DNA of 64,000 nucleotides from Candidatus Eiseniibacteriota bacterium (GTDB lineage: Bacteria; Eisenbacteria; RBG-16-71-46), in assembly GCA_038231135.1 (NCBI GenBank), contig JBBRLX010000009.1, positions 54,222 to 118,221 on the forward strand. The letters run 5' to 3'. The notes beneath the pieces are model-generated. The model was not told where the DNA came from and searched no databases. It was given only the letters and a program-made list of their open reading frames with translations. Numbering within the stretch: the stretch's first letter is position 1; each line of letters opens with the position of its first letter. Of this stretch, positions 59,940-64,000 are shown one piece after another. The position numbers were made by a program, and so were the translations under genes.

Positions 59940-61748
59940 GTGTCGCGCACGCTGATCCGGTTGTTCCTCGATACCGTCGACACCCACAGCAAGCCCGACC
60001 AGTTCCTGCACAAGGTCGCGGGCACGTGGCAGCCGGTGTCGGCTGCTGCCGCGCTCGAAACCGTCGAATGCCTGGCGCTCGGGCTCGAATCCCTCGGCAT
60101 CGCCGCCGGCGACCGGGTCGCGATCGTGTCGGAGACCCGGCTCGAATGGGCGCTGGCCGACCTGGCCGTGCTCGGGCTCGGCGCCATCACCGTGCCGATC
60201 TACCCCACGCTGACCGGCCCCCAGTGCGCATCGATGCTGCGGGATTCGGGCGCCCGTGCCGCCATCGTGTCGAACCCGGCACTGTGCGAGAAGCTGCGGG
60301 CCGTCCGCGACACCCTTCCGGCGCTCGAGGCACTCGTTCAGATGGATCGGCAGGATGGGGTCGCCGCTACACCCCGGGAACACGCGTGGTCCCAGGTGAT
60401 CGCGGCGGGCACCGAACGGCGGAGCCGCGAACCCGGGGCGTTCCGCGAGCGCGCGGCCCGGGTGCGGCCCGAGGACGTCGCCACGATCATCTACACCTCG
60501 GGCACCACGGGCGAACCCAAGGGCGCCGTGCTGACTCACGGCAACATCGCGTTCGACGTCGACAGCAGCCTGCAGGTCATGCAGATCCACCCCCACGACC
60601 TCGCGCTGTCGTTCCTGCCGTTGTCCCACATCTTCGAGCGCATGGGTGGGCTCTATGGAATGCTGGCGGCGGGCGCATCGATCGCCTACGCCGAGAGCAT
60701 GGATACCGTGGCGGCCAACGCCGCCGAGGTGCGGCCGACGGTGCTCGAAGGCGTGCCGCGCTTCTACGAGAAGGTGTACGCGCGCGTGCTCGAGGCCGCG
60801 GCGAAAAATCCGCCGCTGGCGCGGAAGCTGTTCCATTGGGGACTGGCGCGCGGCATGGAGCGCGTGCGGGCCCGCTTCCAGAGCCGCCCGCTCGGGCCGC
60901 TCGCGGCGTTCCAGGCCGCGCTCGCCGACCGCCTGGTGTTCCGCAAGATCCGCGCGCGCATGGGCGGCCGGCTGCGCTACGGCATCTCGGGCGGCGCGCC
61001 GCTGTCGTCGCGCGTGCTCGAATTCTTCTTCGCGATCGGCATCCCGATCCTCGAGGGCTACGGGCTCACGGAGACCTCGCCGGTGATCTGCCTCAACGTG
61101 CCCGGGCGCGAGAAGCCCGGCTCGGTCGGACCACCGATTCCGGGCGTCGAGGTGCGGATCGGCGACCAGGGCGAGATCCTGACCCGCGGTCCCCACGTGA
61201 TGCAGGGCTACTACCGCAACCCCGAGGCGACGCGGGTGGCGATCCAGGACGGCTGGTTCCACACCGGCGACATCGGCCGGCTCGATGCCGACGGCATGCT
61301 GGTGATCACCGACCGGCTCAAGGACCTGCTCGTCACCGCTGGCGGCAAGAAGGTGGCGCCGCAGCCGATCGAGGCCAAGCTCAAGGACAGCCCGTGGATC
61401 GGCGAAGCCGTGCTGCTCGGCGACCAGCGTCCGTGCATCGTCGCGCTGCTGGTGCCGGACTTCGCGCGGCTCGAGGCCGAGGCCCTGGCGCGCGGCTGGC
61501 CCCGCGACCGCCAGGCGCTGCTCGCGCACCCGGAAGTGCGGGCCATCTACCAGGCCGAGCTCGCGCGCGTGAACGCGACGCTCGCGCCGTTCGAGCAGAT
61601 CAAGACGATGGATCTCATCGGCCACGAGTTCACGCAGGATTCGGGCGAGCTGACGCCGTCGCTCAAGGTGAAGCGCCGCGTGATCGTGGAGCGCTACGCG
61701 CGCGAGATCGAGGCGATGTACGGCGCGGCGCGGGAGTCGGCGGCGTAG
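59940..61748 (+). CDS. Long-chain fatty acid--CoA ligase (AMP-dependent)
   Basis: YTSGTTGEPKG, EGYGLTE, WFHTGD, DRLKD, ELTPSLK. Confidence 0.93.
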   Translation: MSRTLIRLFLDTVDTHSKPDQFLHKVAGTWQPVSAAAALETVECLALGLESLGIAAGDRVAIVSETRLEWALADLAVLGLGAITVPIYPTLTGPQCASMLRDSGARAAIVSNPALCEKLRAVRDTLPALEALVQMDRQDGVAATPREHAWSQVIAAGTERRSREPGAFRERAARVRPEDVATIIYTSGTTGEPKGAVLTHGNIAFDVDSSLQVMQIHPHDLALSFLPLSHIFERMGGLYGMLAAGASIAYAESMDTVAANAAEVRPTVLEGVPRFYEKVYARVLEAAAKNPPLARKLFHWGLARGMERVRARFQSRPLGPLAAFQAALADRLVFRKIRARMGGRLRYGISGGAPLSSRVLEFFFAIGIPILEGYGLTETSPVICLNVPGREKPGSVGPPIPGVEVRIGDQGEILTRGPHVMQGYYRNPEATRVAIQDGWFHTGDIGRLDADGMLVITDRLKDLLVTAGGKKVAPQPIEAKLKDSPWIGEAVLLGDQRPCIVALLVPDFARLEAEALARGWPRDRQALLAHPEVRAIYQAELARVNATLAPFEQIKTMDLIGHEFTQDSGELTPSLKVKRRVIVERYAREIEAMYGAARESAA

Positions 61749-61818
61749 CGGCGACGACCGCCTGGCCAGCCTCCGGCTAGGTGTGGAAGTGAACGCTCAT
61801 CCACCAGCAGCCGGACCT

Positions 61819-63702
61819 CTACTCGGGCTCGTTGCGCTTGAGTGCCTTGTAGATCGCCTGCGGCGACCGGCCGAGTTCGCGCGCGGCAGCTTTCACGCTG
61901 CCATTGTTCCGTGCGATCGCCTTCGCGATCATCGCCTGCTCGGCTTGGGTGCGCGCCGCGCGCAGGTCGGTCGGCGCCTTGGTCCTGGCACGCATGATCG
62001 GCAGGCGCTCCAGCGCGGCTTCGTCCAGCATTCCACCGGGCGCGACTTGCCGCGCCGCGATGCGGATGACCATCTCGAGCTCGCGGATGTTGCCCCGCCA
62101 CTGTAGTGACCGTAGCAGCTCGTCCGCCTGCGGCGAGACCCCGCCGAGGCCCTCCTGTCGGGCGAAAGCCTGCGCGAGGACCGCGATGTCGGCAGGACGC
62201 TCGCGCAGCGGCCTGATGTCGATGCGGTGCGCGTTCAATCGAAAGAACAGATCGCGCTTGAGCTTGCCTTGCTTGACGAGCGCCTCGGGCCGGCGATTGG
62301 CGGCCGCGATCATGCGGACGCGAGCGTGACGATCGAATCGTTCTCCGAGCCGCCGGTAGGTGCCGAACTGAACCAACCGCAGCAACGTCGCCTGCATTTC
62401 GAGCGACAACTCCGGCAACTCATCGAAGAACAACGTCCCGCCGTCGGCCGCAGCGACCAGGCCTTCCCGGTCGGTCAGCGCCCCGCTGAAGGCACCGCGC
62501 AGGTGCCCGAACAGCTCTGCTTCGACGAGTGTCGGACTGATCGCGGCACAGTCGACGATGACAAGCGGCCCTTTGCTGGGTCCCAACTCGTGAAGCAGGT
62601 GCGCCACGAGCTCTTTGCCGGTTCCAGTCTCTCCGTAGAGTAGAACGGGCAAAGTACCCGAAGCCGCGAGCGTCACGTCCTCGATGAGGCGTGCGTCGGT
62701 CGTCAGCAGGAAGCGTCCGTCGCGGAGATCGAGGCGCGAAGCAGCATCTATGGGTCGACGCGTGCTCCGAATCGAGCCCGAAGATGGCTGGGCGACCGCG
62801 AGTCCCGGAATCTCGATTCCGTAGGCTGCGACCGTGTCCCCGAGTCGATCGCGTTCGGCGAAGAATTCGGTCGCCTGGAGCACCGTGAAGGCCTGCGTCC
62901 ATGCAGCTTTCGCATCGTCCATCCTGCCGAGTACCGCGTGGCACCGGCCGGCGATGCGAAGTCCGGCCGCCCATTCGAGTCGGTCGGCGGTGGCCCCGGT
63001 GCGCGCTGCGAGCATCGCGTACTCCAAACCACGAGCGGGATCGCCGGATTCGAGATGTGCTGTGCCCAGACGGCGTGCGACTTCGGGAATAAGGTCCCCC
63101 TGTGGGGCGGCCGCTTGCGCCACCTGTAGCATGTGGGTGAGGTCCTCGATAACTTCCGAGGCGCGCCCCCCGGCGATCGCGAGGTCTGCGGTGTATTCGC
63201 GCAGGATGATGCGTTCGCGCGAATTCAAGTCGCCGGACATCTCGCCGGCATTGGCCAGCGCGCGCGCGCAGGAGGCGTCATCACGCTGGTGCAAGGCAAG
63301 CAACGCGAACGACAGCTCCAGGCGCGCTCGAACTCCCACGGGGCTGTCCGACGGCAAATCCTCGCGAACACGGCCCAAGGCGGTGGCGGCCCGGTCGAAA
63401 TCGCCGAGATGAATCAGGGCGAGTGCCAGATCCTTGAGAATGAGGCAGGCTCCCTCACGGGACTCCTGTTTGCCGGCAAGTAAGGCGAGAACATCTTCGT
63501 AGAGCTTGATTGCAATTCGCAGAGACCCTTTGCCACGATGGATAAGGGCAAGGTTGCCGAGGATACCGGCTTCGATCGGAGGGGAACATGCTCGGCGACG
63601 AACCTCGACCAACGCCAGTTCCAGTTGTCGCTCCGCGCGCTGATAATCCCCCAGTCGGATGAGGCACCTGGAAACCAGACGGCGACCCCGGGGGCGAAGC
63701 AT
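61819..63702 (-). CDS. TPR-containing sigma54-dependent transcriptional activator (Fis-type HTH), probably 5'-interrupted by IS630
   Basis: GETGTGKE, ELFGH-GAFSGA, FFDEL, DLFFRLN, GNIREL, HTH AARELG. The frame stays open upstream of 63702 up to the IS end. Lower GC than the flanks. Confidence 0.85.
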   Translation of the reverse strand: MLRPRGRRLVSRCLIRLGDYQRAERQLELALVEVRRRACSPPIEAGILGNLALIHRGKGSLRIAIKLYEDVLALLAGKQESREGACLILKDLALALIHLGDFDRAATALGRVREDLPSDSPVGVRARLELSFALLALHQRDDASCARALANAGEMSGDLNSRERIILREYTADLAIAGGRASEVIEDLTHMLQVAQAAAPQGDLIPEVARRLGTAHLESGDPARGLEYAMLAARTGATADRLEWAAGLRIAGRCHAVLGRMDDAKAAWTQAFTVLQATEFFAERDRLGDTVAAYGIEIPGLAVAQPSSGSIRSTRRPIDAASRLDLRDGRFLLTTDARLIEDVTLAASGTLPVLLYGETGTGKELVAHLLHELGPSKGPLVIVDCAAISPTLVEAELFGHLRGAFSGALTDREGLVAAADGGTLFFDELPELSLEMQATLLRLVQFGTYRRLGERFDRHARVRMIAAANRRPEALVKQGKLKRDLFFRLNAHRIDIRPLRERPADIAVLAQAFARQEGLGGVSPQADELLRSLQWRGNIRELEMVIRIAARQVAPGGMLDEAALERLPIMRARTKAPTDLRAARTQAEQAMIAKAIARNNGSVKAAARELGRSPQAIYKALKRNEPE

Positions 63703-63860
63703 TGGACGACGCGAGCTGGCGCGCAGCCCAAGCAGGGCATGTCTCCAGGCTTCTCGGGGACGGCCCGCCTGGAGGAGAGTCTCGACCCAAAGACGTTCGT
63801 GCTCTAATCGCTGCTCGGTTGATGTGGTTCGTGCCGAAGCAAGAAGGCTTACCGCTCCGT

Positions 63861-64000
63861 CTAGTGTTCCGACTCAGAAGTCATGTTAACGCCTGACCGC
63901 CTTGCGAATGACATCGGCTGGTTGCTTGGTCCAGACGAACGGGGTCGGGTGATCATTCCACTCCTTGATATAGCGCCCGATGTGCTTGACCAGCGCTCGG
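63861..64000 (-). mobile_element. IS630-family element, right end (partial)
   Basis: Terminus ...GTCGGAACACTAG at a CTAG/TA site, just downstream of the transposase stop. Confidence 0.8.
63886..64000 (-). CDS. IS630 transposase C-terminus (partial)
   Basis: Manual translation RALVKHIGRYIKEWNDHPTPFVWTKQPADVIRKAVRR* carries the typical IS630 N..P.PF.WTK tail. Confidence 0.85.
   Translation of the reverse strand, partial: RALVKHIGRYIKEWNDHPTPFVWTKQPADVIRKAVRR

Overview
GC-rich bacterial chromosome segment, mostly core and metabolic genes. Gene content and style suggest an FCB-group candidate-phylum organism such as Ca. Eisenbacteria; that is inference only. Left to right: an M20 dipeptidase, a small ferredoxin, a ferredoxin-linked run (FNR-like reductase plus 2-oxoacid:ferredoxin oxidoreductase alpha and beta, split by phzF-like/VOC/pheA), VIT1, a MazEF-type toxin-antitoxin pair, NTase-like/TPM/LemA, a three-gene chemosensory-like cassette whose receptor, kinase and output domains all look eroded, guaB, secDF, a DUF4159/DUF4175/TPR envelope cluster, a pgaDCAB PNAG operon, a large tetraheme fusion lipoprotein, OmpA, dinB-like/folP/cdaA/tRNA-Met/tilS/hpt/ftsH, beta-oxidation genes, and a lower-GC TPR/sigma54 activator that an IS630 element appears to interrupt at the right edge. 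Strongest findings: (1) FtsH carries two full-length LAGLIDADG inteins only 15 residues apart inside the AAA+ core, apparently of different age; (2) the pseudo-MCP/pseudo-CheA/REC-pseudo-HD-GYP cassette; (3) the inactive-looking peptidase + UshA-like + tetraheme fusion. All family calls come from motif recognition by eye; no database searches were run.
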